A stretch of 63,632 nt of DNA, the filler included, from Octopus bimaculoides (lineage: Eukaryota), in assembly GCF_001194135.2 (NCBI RefSeq). It is 5 parts of 5 records of this genome, joined end to end, with 100 filler letters (N's around TTAATTAATTAA, not from the genome) between each part and the next. Parts side by side here need not be neighbours in the genome. Positions count along the whole stretch, not along the records: positions 46,151 to 53,565 come from NC_068995.1; positions 53,666 to 62,304 come from NC_068993.1; positions 62,405 to 63,632 come from NC_068983.1; 2 more parts are not named here. The stretch is one strand, 5' to 3'. A program made the translations under genes and the position numbers. A model generated the notes under the pieces. The model worked only from the letters and a program-made list of their open reading frames with translations, ran no database searches and had not been told where the DNA came from. Below, in pieces: positions 51,186 to 63,632 of the stretch (position 1 is the stretch's first letter; every line of letters starts with the position of its first letter).

Positions 51186-51959
51186 AACATGCTTCCATAT
51201 TTGTAACCATGTGCCTATATTAGGAACCATTATTATTAATAGTAAGGGCTGAGAATTGTCAAAGTGATTTGCCTGGGATCAAACACATTACAGTAGTCAA
51301 ACTCAACACTTTACAATCCAGACCTTGTGAAGGTCAACTTTTCGTAACATTCATCTGGTGAAAAGGCAGGTGGTGTTAAATATAATACAAGTTTAGCAAT
51401 AGAGGTTCGATAGTCAACTAACTCCTGTACCTACTAATACGTCACCTTGCGCCTACGGTAAAGAAAAGAAAAAAACAAAAACAAAACAAATCATTATTTT
51501 CCATTGTTATTATTATTATTATCATTAATAATATTATCATCATCACTATCATAATAATATTCGTTCTTTTACATAAGCCTCATAATTTGCTGGTTCTTTG
51601 ACAATTGCTAAATAATTGTTTATGAAGATTTCCTTGCAATGCCATGAATGTATACTTCCATTTATTGTTGCTATTCATGAATTACACACACACACACACG
51701 TGTGTTTACGTATATACACACATATATACATTTCTATAAATGTATGCATATGTGTGTATATATGTGTGTGTGTGTGTGCGCGCATGCATGTATAAATAAA
51801 CCATCAATAAACGATCATTTCTTTCTCTTCTTTTCCTAATCAAGTCTCACCAGGACTCTCTCCAGGTTTGTTCCATCTTATTTCATCTCATTCTTTTGTA
51901 TATATATATATATATAACATATATCTCTCTTACATCTGCTCTACATCCACCACATATTT

Positions 51960-52030
<71 letters not shown>

Positions 52031-52159
52031 ATATCATGATTTTGTCTTTATGTTGTCTGCTGTTTAATAAATTATCTTGAGGTTGCCAACAATGAATATT
52101 AATATTATAAAGAAGTTATTCATCATCATCATCATTATTATTATTATTATTATTAAAAT

Positions 52160-52376
52160 GGTGGTGAGGTGATAGAATCATTAGCATGCTGGGCAAAGTG
52201 CTCAATGGCATTTTGTCTGCCTCTACATTCTGAGTTCAAATCCCGCCAAGGTTGACTCTGTCGTTCATTCTTTCAGGGTCGATGAAATAAGTACCAGTTA
52301 TTCACTGGGGTCAATAAAATCGACTAGCTCCTTCCCCGAAATTTCAGGCCTTGTGCCTGTGCCTTTAGTAGAAACA

Positions 52377-52414
<38 letters not shown>

Positions 52415-52680
52415 GGTGGCAAACTGGCAGAGTTGTTAGCATGCTGGGTAAAATGCTTAGCAGTATTTCACCCATCTTTACTTTCTGAGTTCAAATTCTG
52501 CCAAGGTCAACTCTACCTTTAATCCTTTCAGGGTTGATAAATTAAGTACCAATGAAATTCACTGAGATCAGCTTTGGGGATTGATAAAATAAAGTTCTGG
52601 TGAAGTACTTCTGTCAAGGTTTCTAGCCTTAAGTCCCTCCTGCTAAAAGGTTTCTGGCCTTTTGTGCCAAAATTTGAAAC
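52160..52680 (+). mobile_element. Two tandem SINE family B copies separated by (TTA)n
   Basis: 52160-52375 and 52414-52680, each with GAGTTCAAAT and the family body; CpG>TpG decay. Confidence 0.88.
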
Positions 52681-53335
52681 ATTTGTTCCCATTGAAACTC
52701 TGAACATGACTCTTTGGTCAGTGCCGGCTCACCCACCCTGGGTGAATGCCACGAGTACAAGTAATTAATAAGTGACCCCTTTTCCAATGTATCCTTACTT
52801 TTCTAAGTCATTAAGGTGGTATTTAAAGGTAATTAGGTAGCCATTTCTAGCAAGAAGTGACTTCATACTTGCTGCTTTGTTGATCCCTGTTTAACAATCT
52901 TTTACTAGCCTGATGGAATGGTAAATATAAATTAGAACTGTTCATGTAAGAACCTATTGTTAATCACTCCAAATTCTTTGATTATTTTTAAAATTAATTA
53001 AACTCCCAAAATACATAACCAGTGTATTTCATTAGCAAAATGAATGGGAGCCAGTTAATAATGGAAACTTTTCCAATAACTCTTTTGGAACCAAACCCCT
53101 GCTTTAGAACAGTTATGGCTCTTAGATACAAAGAGTTCTGCTTTAATTAAGGTGTTTTATATTTAAATTGAATTCTTACATCATAGTTTTATGTAAATAG
53201 CCTCTGTTATGTTCTGAGCATGGAATTTCATGATTACAAAAAGGAAGAAAATTCTTTGTTATATTATTAGGCCTCTCTAAATTCTTGAATGGAATGGTAT
53301 AAGCTATCTCTCTCTTTTTCTATGTTTCTATACAG

Positions 53336-53396
53336 CGAGAGATAAAAGTAGGAATTTTATTATCTTCCTCTTTGTGTCCGTTTTATCCTCCATTGG
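53336..53396 (+). CDS. Candidate 61-nt internal exon encoding a hydrophobic segment (RDKSRNFIIFLFVSVLSSIG); protein unknown
   Basis: Polypyrimidine acceptor CTCTCTCTCTTTTTCTATGTTTCTATACAG, donor GG|GTAATC, open frame; no family recognised. Confidence 0.25.
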
Positions 53397-53565
53397 GTAA
53401 TCCAAAATAATAGACGTACAAGGATGTATGTCGATATGTAGGGGAAGCAAGAAAAATTATAATAAAGCAAAATAAAATTATAACAAAATGAAAAGAGCAA
53501 AAAAATCCAAGACTAAATTAATTGTTCTCTTAATCATTTGAACCTTTAATCTCGAAGAATTATTT

Positions 53566-53665
53566 NNNNNNNNNNNNNNNNNNNNNNNNNNNNNNNNNNN
53601 NNNNNNNNNTTAATTAATTAANNNNNNNNNNNNNNNNNNNNNNNNNNNNNNNNNNNNNNNNNNNN
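53566..53665. other. Assembly join linker
   Basis: 44N-TTAATTAATTAA-44N. Confidence 0.95.
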
Positions 53666-53723
<58 letters not shown>

Positions 53724-53751
53724 GTTGTTGTTGTCGTCGTCGTCGTCGTCG

Positions 53752-53782
<31 letters not shown>

Positions 53783-53887
53783 TAAGGCGGCGAGCTGGCA
53801 GAATGGTTAGCGCTCCGGGAAAAATGCTTAGCGGCATTTAGTCCGTCTTTACGTTCTGCGTTCAAATCTCGTCGGGACCGACTTTGT
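53783..53887 (+). mobile_element. SINE family B 5' half
   Basis: AAGGCGGCGAGCTGGCAGAATGGTTAGCGCTCCGGG...GTTCAAATCTCG. Confidence 0.85.
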
Positions 53888-53905
53888 ATCAAGACGAAGC
53901 AATTA

Positions 53906-53938
<33 letters not shown>

Positions 53939-54876
53939 ATGTGCTTCAAATGTACAGAAAATAAAAGACAAAGACAGGCGAGGGCGGAATCGTTTCGAGC
54001 CTAAACGCTATCTCCCATTTAATAAATACAGGCGTTATATGTGAGTTATTTCAAGTTTCGTGTTCAGTTAATGCAGTAATCGGACTGGCTTGTACAGCGT
54101 ACCGTGCACGATCCAGCTATCTTTTAGGTTCAAATGATATGGGCATTTCGTGAGCATATAGTGTAGATACGCTGTTGCGTCCATATAGTATGCTATTGCT
54201 GCTCACGAAGTATCCAAGCCATTTTTGCCTGAACGATTGCCGGGTCGTGTGCGGTATGCTACACAAGTTTGTTCGTACTCTGCACTTTCTGCCTATGAAA
54301 CTTCAAGTAGGTCACGTATAAATACTGTAATCATTAAATGTTATTTATTTTTCGCTGGATTGGGTACATTTTGCTGATCCTCTCCATAAGCGAGGAGTAC
54401 ACTACACTATACAATACTAGACACACACACACACACATACACAAAAAATCTCACACACACACATTTATATATGTGTGTATGCTGACAATATGTAAGAACA
54501 GAGGACAGAATATTTTGAACTGAAGCCGAAAGAAAGTTATAGACTACGAAATAAACGCAAAAATTAAACAATTGAAAAACCCGTACTCCGAAAGCAAAAC
54601 AGCATGCACATTTATGAATTTGGGAAAAATAGAAATTAGAAAATAAAAATAGAAAATGTAAATCGCTAATAAATTTGAAAGGAAAACCAAACTTGACGAC
54701 AATATTAACTTGAAAGTTAAATATAGAGAAGTTAGTAAAGGACTGGGGCAAGGAAAGAAAAACAATATACACACGCATATACATATATATATTTAGATAA
54801 ATATATCCATATCTATATCTATGTATATAATATACATATATGTATGTCACATGTAAGTATATATATGTATGTGTTT

Positions 54877-54911
<35 letters not shown>

Positions 54912-55290
54912 AAGAGAAAGAGAGAGAGAGAGAGGGGGAGATAATGTGGCTTAGCAAAGAAAAGAAAGGATGAAGAAAACAGATTGCTACTACAGTGAGG
55001 GCCTAACTTATCAAGGTTTATTATCATAAATCTGATTATATATTTTCGAAGTTAAATATGGTCTCTCGTGTGCAGCCAACAGACCGTCAAGTGCAAAGAA
55101 AAAAGAAAAAGAAAAAGAGAAAGCAAAAGAAACGGATTGTTGTTGTTTTTGCTACTGATGTTGTTGTTCTTGTAATTGTTGTTTTCTAGTTTCTGCTTTC
55201 TTTGTTTTGTTCTTGTTTTTGTTTTTATTTTCAGATAAGGCTTCCATAATATAAATTCCCAGAAAAATTCCCAACAATCTTAAATTGTTA

Positions 55291-55352
<62 letters not shown>

Positions 55353-55394
55353 TCTAAATATATACATCTGAAACTACATAAATTCGTATTATAC

Positions 55395-55430
<36 letters not shown>

Positions 55431-55478
55431 CACACGTCCATCCATTCATCCATATATACATACACACACACATATATA

Positions 55479-55514
<36 letters not shown>

Positions 55515-56828
55515 TGTGTGTATGTATGTATACACACACATACACACAGACACACACTCACAAGTATGTAAGAAACGGTGGTGCTCTAGCATGACCGCAG
55601 CCTCATGGCTGAAATGTATATAAGAATAATAATAAAACAATGCGTATATTCACTATATTGTATTATATATGTATCTATAATAATAAAAGTGAATTTCTGT
55701 CAGTCCATCTGGGACCCCTGTATCTTATTCTACATTTGCTCTACATAGACATAATATACCCTTTCGGAATCAGGAAGATCCAGGGATTGAAAATTTGCCC
55801 TTTATTTGTTTCTTGACCATCCAGTATTGGAATCTGATTTAAAAGCATTTGCGGTACGATTTCTAGCAGGTAAAGTTTGGCTGATTCAGACCATCCTGGT
55901 CGGCGTTTGTCAGATGACGTCGGAGATCGAGGGGGATAAAAACTTCGGGAGAAATTGGCCAACAGTTGGAATTCAACTTAGGATTGGAACAATAGAATGA
56001 TTGCATTAGAGAATTAATTCTCGTCCGTCCTTAACCTGTAATCAAACATCACCGACGCATATAGTCATAATAGACGTAATGTAAAAATGCAGTTCATGTC
56101 TCTTTAGTTTTGGGCCGCAGGGGCCAGCTAAAGAGTTCACACAGATTGTGNNNNNNNNNNNNNNNNNNNNNNNNNNNNNNNNNNNNNNNNNNNNNNNNNN
56201 NNNNNNNNNNNNNNNNNNNNNNNNNNNNNNNNNNNNNNNNNNNNNNNNNNNNNNNNNNNNNNNNNNNNNNNNNNNNNNNNNNNNNNNNNNNNNNNNNNNN
56301 NNNNNNNNNNNNNNNNNNNNNNNNNNNNNNNNNNNNNNNNNNNNNNNNNNNNNNNNNNNNNNNNNNNNNNNNNNNNNNNNNNNNNNNNNNNNNNNNNNNN
56401 NNNNNNNNNNNNNNNNNNNNNNNNNNNNNNNNNNNNNNNNNNNNNNNNNNNNNNNNNNNNNNNNNNNNNNNNNNNNNNNNNNNNNNNNNNNNNNNNNNNN
56501 NNNNNNNNNNNNNNNNNNNNNNNNNNNNNNNNNNNNNNNNNNNNNNNNNNNNNNNNNNNNNNNNNNNNNNNNNNNNNNNNNNNNNNNNNNNNNNNNNNNN
56601 NNNNNNNNNNNNNNNNNNNNNNNNNNNNNNNNNNNNNNNNNNNNNNNNNNNNNNNNNNNNNNNNNNNNNNNNNNNNNNNNNNNNNNNNNNNNNNNNNNNN
56701 NNNNNNNNNNNNNNNNNNNNNNNNNNNNNNNNNNNNNNNNNNNNNNNNNNNNNNNNNNNNNNNNNNNNNNNNNNNNNNNNNNNNNNNNNNNNNNNNNNNN
56801 NNTCAGGTCTAAAATAATAATAATAATG

Positions 56829-56910
<82 letters not shown>

Positions 56911-57115
56911 AATCAATGTACGTATTTTAAACTTATTATAAATATCAACTAGATATATTAAAAAAATACTTGTTTTAACATTAAATAAATAAATAATCGA
57001 AAAACATTCAACAATATTACTTAAAATAAAACCATAAATTATCTTATCGAAGAATTTCTGTTAAACTAAAATTTTAAACGTAAAACGTAGAACTTAGCGT
57101 TTATAAGCAATATAT

Positions 57116-57342
57116 TTATTTATTTCTTTATTGCCCACAAGGGGCTAAACATAGAGGGGACAAACAAAGGGATTAAGTCGATTATATCGACCCCAGTGCG
57201 TTACTGGTACTTAATTTATCGACCCCGAAAGGATGAAAGGCAAAGTCGACCTCGGCGGAATTTGAACTCAGAACGTAACGGCAGACAAAATACTGCTAAG
57301 CATTTCACCCGGCGTGCTAACGATTCTGCCAGTTCGCCGCCT
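57116..57342 (-). mobile_element. Full-length SINE family B with a 16-bp TSD
   Basis: TTTATAAGCAATATAT at 57100-57115 and 57343-57358. Confidence 0.95.
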
Positions 57343-57699
57343 TTTATAAGCAATATATCACGTGAAAATATGGCGTAAGTAAAAACTTATAGAATAAATA
57401 GATAGAAATATGTATTTAAGCTGTTAAAATGACAAAATGTATTTTAGCTCTGAGAATAAGGAAAAATTAACTGTAGTATAGCATTTACTGGGTAAATTTT
57501 AAAGTCTAAACAATTTAAAACTAAAATACGTAAACTATATAATATACATAAATTAAGCTAAATTTCTATAATTCAATCTATTTTCATTAATTAATTTATT
57601 TATTTTATAAACATCTTAGTTTAATCTTATTCTAAATATGTAATANNNNNNNNNNATCTAGGGAATTAATCCTCTAGGGAATTAATCAATTTTTTATTA

Positions 57700-57893
57700 T
57701 CACACACATATATATACATATACACATATACGACGGGCTTCTTTCAGTTTCCGTCTACCAAATCCACTCACAAGGCTTTGGTCAGCCCGAGGCTATAGTA
57801 GAAGACACTTGCCCAAGGTACCACGCTGTGAGACTGAACCCTAAACCATGTGATTTAAAAGCAGGCAACTTATCACACAGCCACTCCTGCGCC
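57700..57893 (-). mobile_element. SINE family A 5' half
   Basis: ACGACGGGCTTCTTTCAGTTTCCG...CAGCCACTCCTGCGCC. Confidence 0.9.
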
Positions 57894-58147
57894 TCTTATT
57901 TATGCCAGACAACCTCTCTCCTAAGCTCAGTACCAATATCTAAGCATTATCCAAGCCTAATTTCGTTACTTATGTAGAAAACCAAACAACACCGAAATAA
58001 GCCATTACCATAAACTACGGATCCACAGACACTTTCCACTTAACAAGGATGATGGACAACCCAGAAGAAGGAGATATAAAACATAAGAAATTCACGATGG
58101 AGCATAAGATAGGTGCATCACCTTCATATATATTATACATACATACA

Positions 58148-58205
<58 letters not shown>

Positions 58206-59214
58206 NNNNNNNNNNNNNNNNNNNNNNNNNNNNNNNNNNNNNNNNNNNNNNNNNNNNNNNNNNNNNNNNNNNNNNNNNNNNNNNNNNNNNNNNNNNNNNN
58301 NNNNNNNNNNNNNNNNNNNNNNNNNNNNNNNNNNNNNNNNNNNNNNNNNNNNNNNNNNNNNNNNNNNNNNNNNNNNNNNNNNNNNNNNNNNNNNNNNNNN
58401 NNNNNNNNNNNNNNNNNNNNNNNNNNNNNNNNNNNNNNNNNNNNNNNNNNNNNNNNNNNNNNNNNNNNNNNNNNNNNNNNNNNNNNNNNNNNNNNNNNNN
58501 NNNNNNNNNNNNNNNNNNNNNNNNNNNNNNNNNNNNNNNNNNNNNNNNNNNNNNNNNNNNNNNNNNNNNNNNNNNNNNNNNNNNNNNNNNNNNNNNNNNN
58601 NNNNNNNNNNNNNNNNNNNNNNNNNNNNNNNNNNNNNNNNNNNNNNNNNNNNNNNNNNNNNNNNNNNNNNNNNNNNNNNNNNNNNNNNNNNNNNNNNNNN
58701 NNNNNNNNNNNNNNNNNNNNNNNNNNNNNNNNNNNNNNNNNNNNNNNNNNNNNNNNNNNNNNNNNNNNNNNNNNNNNNNNNNNNNNNNNNNNNNNNNNNN
58801 NNNNNNNNNNNNNNNNNNNNNNNNNNNNNNNNNNNNNNNNNNNNNNNNNNNNNNNNNNNNNNNNNNNNNNNNNNNNNNNNNNNNNNNNNNNNNNNNNNNN
58901 NNNNNNNNNNNNNNNNNNNNNNNNNNNNNNNNNNNNNNNNNNNNNNNNNNNNNNNNNNNNNNNNNNNNNNNNNNNNNNNNNNNNNNNNNNNNNNNNNNNN
59001 NNNNNNNNNNNNNNNNNNNNNNNNNNNNNNNNNNNNNNNNNNNNNNNNNNNNNNNNNNNNNNNNNNNNNNNNNNNNNNNNNNNNNNNNNNNNNNNNNNNN
59101 NNNNNNNNNNNNNNNNNNNNNNNNNNNNNNNNNNNNNNNNNNNNNNNNNNNNNNNNNNNNNNNNNNNNNNNNNNNNNNNTATATATATATATATTCATAT
59201 ATATCTATATATAT

Positions 59215-59378
59215 TTATACGACGGGCTTCTTTTCAGTTTCCGTCTACCAAATCCACTCACAAGTCTTTTGTCGGCCCGAGGCTATAGCAGAAAACACTT
59301 GCCCATGGTGCCACGCAGTTGGCCTGAACCCGGAATCATGTGGTTGGGAAGCCAGCTTCTTACAGCGCGGCCACGCCT
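59215..59378 (-). mobile_element. SINE family A 5' half
   Basis: Same family body. Confidence 0.88.
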
Positions 59379-60314
59379 CTGTGTTTGTGTGTGTATTATT
59401 CATAATATATGTTTTAGACTATATTACATTACTTGTCACACACACACACACACACACGCATGCACACACACACACGCATACACACACATACACACACTTG
59501 CACGCGCATATGATATTTTTTCAAAGACACTGTACTTTGGGCTCAAATGCCGTTTGAGGTCGGCTATAACCTTTCATCCTTATCCTTTCGGGATCAGTAA
59601 ATAAAGCTAAAGTCCAGCTCATTGAGTAAGAGGTATATTATAGCGTCGAACTAGGTGCCTTGCCTTATCGTTCTCGGGTTCGGTCGTTCTGAGTTCAAAT
59701 CTCACCTGTTATGACGAAAATAAATAAATAAACAGTAATAAATAAAGAAAAAAGATAAATAGAAAAAACAGGTCCCTCAAGACACCGCAACACACAGTGA
59801 TAACCATTGGAAGTTATTAAGCAAGTTCCCAAACCTTTCAACTGATCACTCATAACGCAAGCTGGCAGGTGAGTACGCAAGGGGCCTTTCAAGTTTACCC
59901 CGAATATATATACATATGTGTGTGTGTGTGCGTGTGTGTGTGTGTGTGTATGTGTTTGTGTGTATGTGTGCGTGCATGCATGCATGCATGTATGCATGTA
60001 TGTATGTATGTAATGTATGTATGTACGTACATATATACTTTTATCTCTCTCTCGCTCCTTCTGAGATACCCACACCCACATACACATACACCCATATATC
60101 TGTCCTTGTGTATATATGTATGTGTATTTACGTAAATATGTATATATGTATGTATGTGCATATATACTTATGTCTCTCTCCCTCTCTCCCGTACCTCTCT
60201 CTGTATATATCTGTATGTATGTGCGTACGCATGTATGTATGTATGTATGTATGTATGTATGTATGTTTGTATGTCTGTCTACCTGTCTGTCTGTCTGTCT
60301 GTCTGTATATGCAC

Positions 60315-60376
<62 letters not shown>

Positions 60377-60619
60377 TTCTATCTATGCATATCTATAAGA
60401 TTTGTTGGTGACTTTGTTGAAGATTTTATCTTTGTTTTTCTTTGTTGAATTTTCTTTCGCTTTTAGCATTGTTGTTGTTGTTGTTGTAGTTAATAACCAT
60501 CAGGTATCCTCATAAGGTCGCATTGGATGATATGGATAAGGGGGTAGGACTTAAAGGCTTCTCTCTCTCCCTCACACTCACACACGCACTATTTCTTTTT
60601 GCCACAAAAGTTCAGCTTC

Positions 60620-60895
60620 ACGGTCAGGGTGCCTGTATCCCACCCACGCCGAATATACGAAAGTCTTCTTTTGAGGAGGGATGAACAGGCCAGAGGGAGC
60701 CATCTTAATGTTTTGAAGTTGATAATGAAGAAACTAAGGGGAAATACTGACTGAGTGCTAACAAAACACGGCCTGACCATAGTACCACCCACAAACTACA
60801 TTATTTGAAGACCAAAGTTGACGCTACCTGGATTTCCACTGAGGAAATTTCTTAGTGCCAAAGCAATGCTTCTTGGTACTTCTGAAATCTTGGTG
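60620..60895 (+). mobile_element. Very decayed RLE-element C-terminus
   Basis: ...PKLTLPGFPLRKFLSAKAMLLGTSEIL resembles the R4-type terminal 'PG....QK..LLGT..IL'. Confidence 0.35.
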
Positions 60896-61164
60896 GTATT
60901 GCTCGTAATGGTGGCGATAGTGGTGGTGTTGGTGACGGTAGTGATGGTGGTGTTGGTGATAGCAGTGATGGTGGTGGTGGTGGTGGTGGTGGTGGTGATG
61001 GTGGTGATGTCGTTGGCTGTGGTGACGGCGGTGGTAGTGCTGATGGGGATAATGGTAATAATGGTGGTGGTATTGATGGTGGTGGTAGTTGGTGGTTCTG
61101 ATGATGGTAGTGGGAATGAAGCGATGGGCAAAGGCTAATGCATTTAAGTTACTCTTTTCTCTTT

Positions 61165-61529
61165 TACTCTTTTACTTGTTTCAGTCATTTGACTGTGGCC
61201 ATGCTAATCGACCCCAGGACTTATTCTTTGTAAGCCTAGTACTTATTCTATCAGACTCATTTTGCCGAACCGCTAAGTTATGGGGACGTAAACACACCAC
61301 CATCGGTTGTCAAGCGATGGTGGGGGACAAACACAGACACAAACACACGTACATATATATATATATATATACATACATATATACGACGGGCTTCTTTCAG
61401 TTTCCGTCTACCAAATCCACTCACAAGGCTTTGGTCGGCCCGAGGCTATAGTAGAAGACACTTCCCCAAGGTGCCACGCAGTGGGACTGAACCCGGAACC
61501 ATGTGGTTGGGAAGCAAGCTACTTACCAC
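61165..61529 (-). mobile_element. SINE family A near full length
   Basis: Tail TTGTTTCAGTCATTTGACTGTGGCCATGC through head GCTACTTACCAC. Confidence 0.92.
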
Positions 61530-61791
61530 ACATATATTTAGTTTGAAAAAATTCTTTCTGTCGCTGAATATCTAACGTCCTCTCAATGAACCGAAAACAC
61601 TACCACAGCAACACAACAACGGTACTACATTAAATAACACTATCACCACAACTACTGCCAACACAATCTCAACGACTAAATGCCGGTACATCTAAATAAA
61701 AACTGAAGTGCTTTGACTGAGGGCACCGAGTATTCCTCCAATAATGGCACAGTCAGAGTTTATAGCCTTACAGTGGAGAGAGAGAGAGAGA

Positions 61792-61834
<43 letters not shown>

Positions 61835-61968
61835 GCAGTTGTATGTCCAGACTGTCACACTGCACGCAATACGCAAGACCAGAGTGTGTAGTATTATCTT
61901 GAGCTAGCTGAAGACACAGTATACTTAAGAAGATAAATCTGTGGGTTGAAATAAGAACTAACTAACTA

Positions 61969-62008
<40 letters not shown>

Positions 62009-62304
62009 TTACTACTACTACTACTACTACTGGGGTATGTTAGAGTGGGCCTGAAAGGGGGAAAAAGATAGTCTTGGAGGTAATTTACTTACAGTGTCAA
62101 GTGTGGAGTTGGATACAAGTGAAAGATTCTGCATTGCGAGTCTGTGATGTTCGGAGATATTCTTTGCAATTCGGAGAGTGTCTTTCCAGGACGTATTATA
62201 GAAATGCTGTTTATGTCTCTTCAGTTTTGGGCCGCAGGGGCTAGCCAAAGAGTTCGCACGGAGTGTGGCTTTTAAGCTGGTGTATATATATACATACATA
62301 CATA

Positions 62305-62404
62305 NNNNNNNNNNNNNNNNNNNNNNNNNNNNNNNNNNNNNNNNNNNNTTAATTAATTAANNNNNNNNNNNNNNNNNNNNNNNNNNNNNNNNNNNNNNNN
62401 NNNN
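62305..62404. other. Assembly join linker
   Basis: 44N-TTAATTAATTAA-44N. Confidence 0.95.
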
Positions 62405-62820
62405 ACTCATTTCCAACCTTCACCTTACTGACAGCATCTCTGTACATGGCTCTCACAGCTCTCACTAACCATTCTTCTATCCCAAGTTTCCTCATTGACC
62501 ACCAGATAAGGGATCGGGGGACCCTGTCAAAGGCTTTCTCCATGTCAACGAAGGCCAGGTACAGAGGTTTATCCTTGGCTAGATATTTCTCCTGCAGCTG
62601 TCTCACTAGAAATATGGCATCAGTGGTGCTTTTACCTGGCACGAACCCAAACTGCATCTCATCTAAATTGATTCGCTCCTTAATTAGTTGGGCTATGACC
62701 CTCTCCGTAACTTTCATAACCTGATCTAACAGCTTGATGCCTCTGTAATTATTAGTATCTAAAGTGTCACCTTTACCTTTGTAGCAGTTTACTATGGTGC
62801 TGCTACACCAGTCATTGGGT
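62405..62820 (-). mobile_element. RTE-clade LINE reverse transcriptase fragment, uninterrupted frame
   Basis: NNYRGIKLLDQVMKVTERV...MQFGFVPGKSTTDAIFLVRQLQEKY...LAFVDMEKAFDRVPR. Confidence 0.95.
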
Positions 62821-62855
62821 ATATACACACACATACATATAAATATATATATATT

Positions 62856-63214
62856 CTTTTATTCTTTTATTTGTTTCAGTCATTTGACTGTGGCCATGCT
62901 GGAGCACCTCCTAGAGGGAGGGAGTTTTAGCTGAACAAATCAACCCCAGTACTTATTCTGTCACTCTCTTTTGTTGAACTGCTAGTTTATGGGAATATAG
63001 ACACACTAACACCAGGTGTCAAACAGTGATGGGGGGACAAACACACACACACATGACAGGTTTCTTTCAGTTTCCGTTTACCAAATATACTCACAAGGCT
63101 TTGGTTGGCCTGAGGCTACAGTAAAAGACACTTGTCTGAGGTGCCATGCAATAGACTGCACCTGGAACCATAAGGTTGGGAAGTAAATTTCTTACCACAA
63201 AGCCACACCTGTAC
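62856..63214 (-). mobile_element. SINE family A, CpG-decayed
   Basis: Family tail and head with TG/CA at consensus CG sites. Confidence 0.88.
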
Positions 63215-63285
63215 CTATGGATATATATATTTATTTATATATATATATTTATTTCTATATATAAGAGACAAAGTGTATGTACACC

Positions 63286-63632
63286 ATTAGGGAGCGAATC
63301 AATTTAGATGAGATGCAGTTTGGGTTCGTGCCAGGTAAAAGCACTACTGATGCCATATTTCTAGTAAGACAGCTGCAGGAGAAATACCTAGCCAAGGATG
63401 AACCTCTGTACCTGGCTTTCGTTGACATGGAGAAAGCCTTTGACAGGGTTCCCCGATCCCTTATCTGGTGGTCAATGAGGAAACTTGGGATAGAAGAATG
63501 GTTAGTGAGAGCTGTGCGAGCCATGTACAGAGATGCTGCCAGTAAGGTGAGGGTTGGAAATGAGTACAGCAATGAATTCCGGGTAGAGGTAGGGGTCCAC
63601 CAAGGTTCCGTCCTCAGCCCCCTCTTATTTAT
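63286..63632 (+). mobile_element. RTE-clade LINE RT fragment, runs off the window end
   Basis: IRERINLDEMQFGFVPGKSTTDAIF...VDMEKAFDRVPR...VGVHQGSVLSPLLF. Confidence 0.95.

Overview
Repeat-saturated, AT-rich eukaryotic DNA from a gapped draft assembly. The SINE families, microsatellite load and LINE types point to an octopus (coleoid cephalopod) genome; this is inferred from recognised repeat families, not from a search. No host gene can be identified with confidence, and almost all ORFs in the supplied track are microsatellite or N-gap artefacts. What can be supported is: about 30 tRNA-derived SINE copies from several families; remnants of Tx1/L1, RTE, R4/Dong-like RLE and Penelope (GIY-YIG) retroelements; a mariner remnant; and MITE-like foldbacks. 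The best non-obvious signals are two near-intact minimal type I hammerhead ribozymes on the minus strand (10246-10309, inside a 562-bp partially tandem Penelope-LTR/retrozyme-like unit, and 33020-33090) plus several decayed cores. Also notable are a SINE 3' tail inserted at the identical nucleotide of another SINE head at two loci, a CpG-depleted and strand-biased scaffold block (46151-53565) with candidate small exons, and a young inverted RTE pair. Four 44N-TTAATTAATTAA-44N linkers mark scaffold joins, so adjacency across them is not guaranteed.
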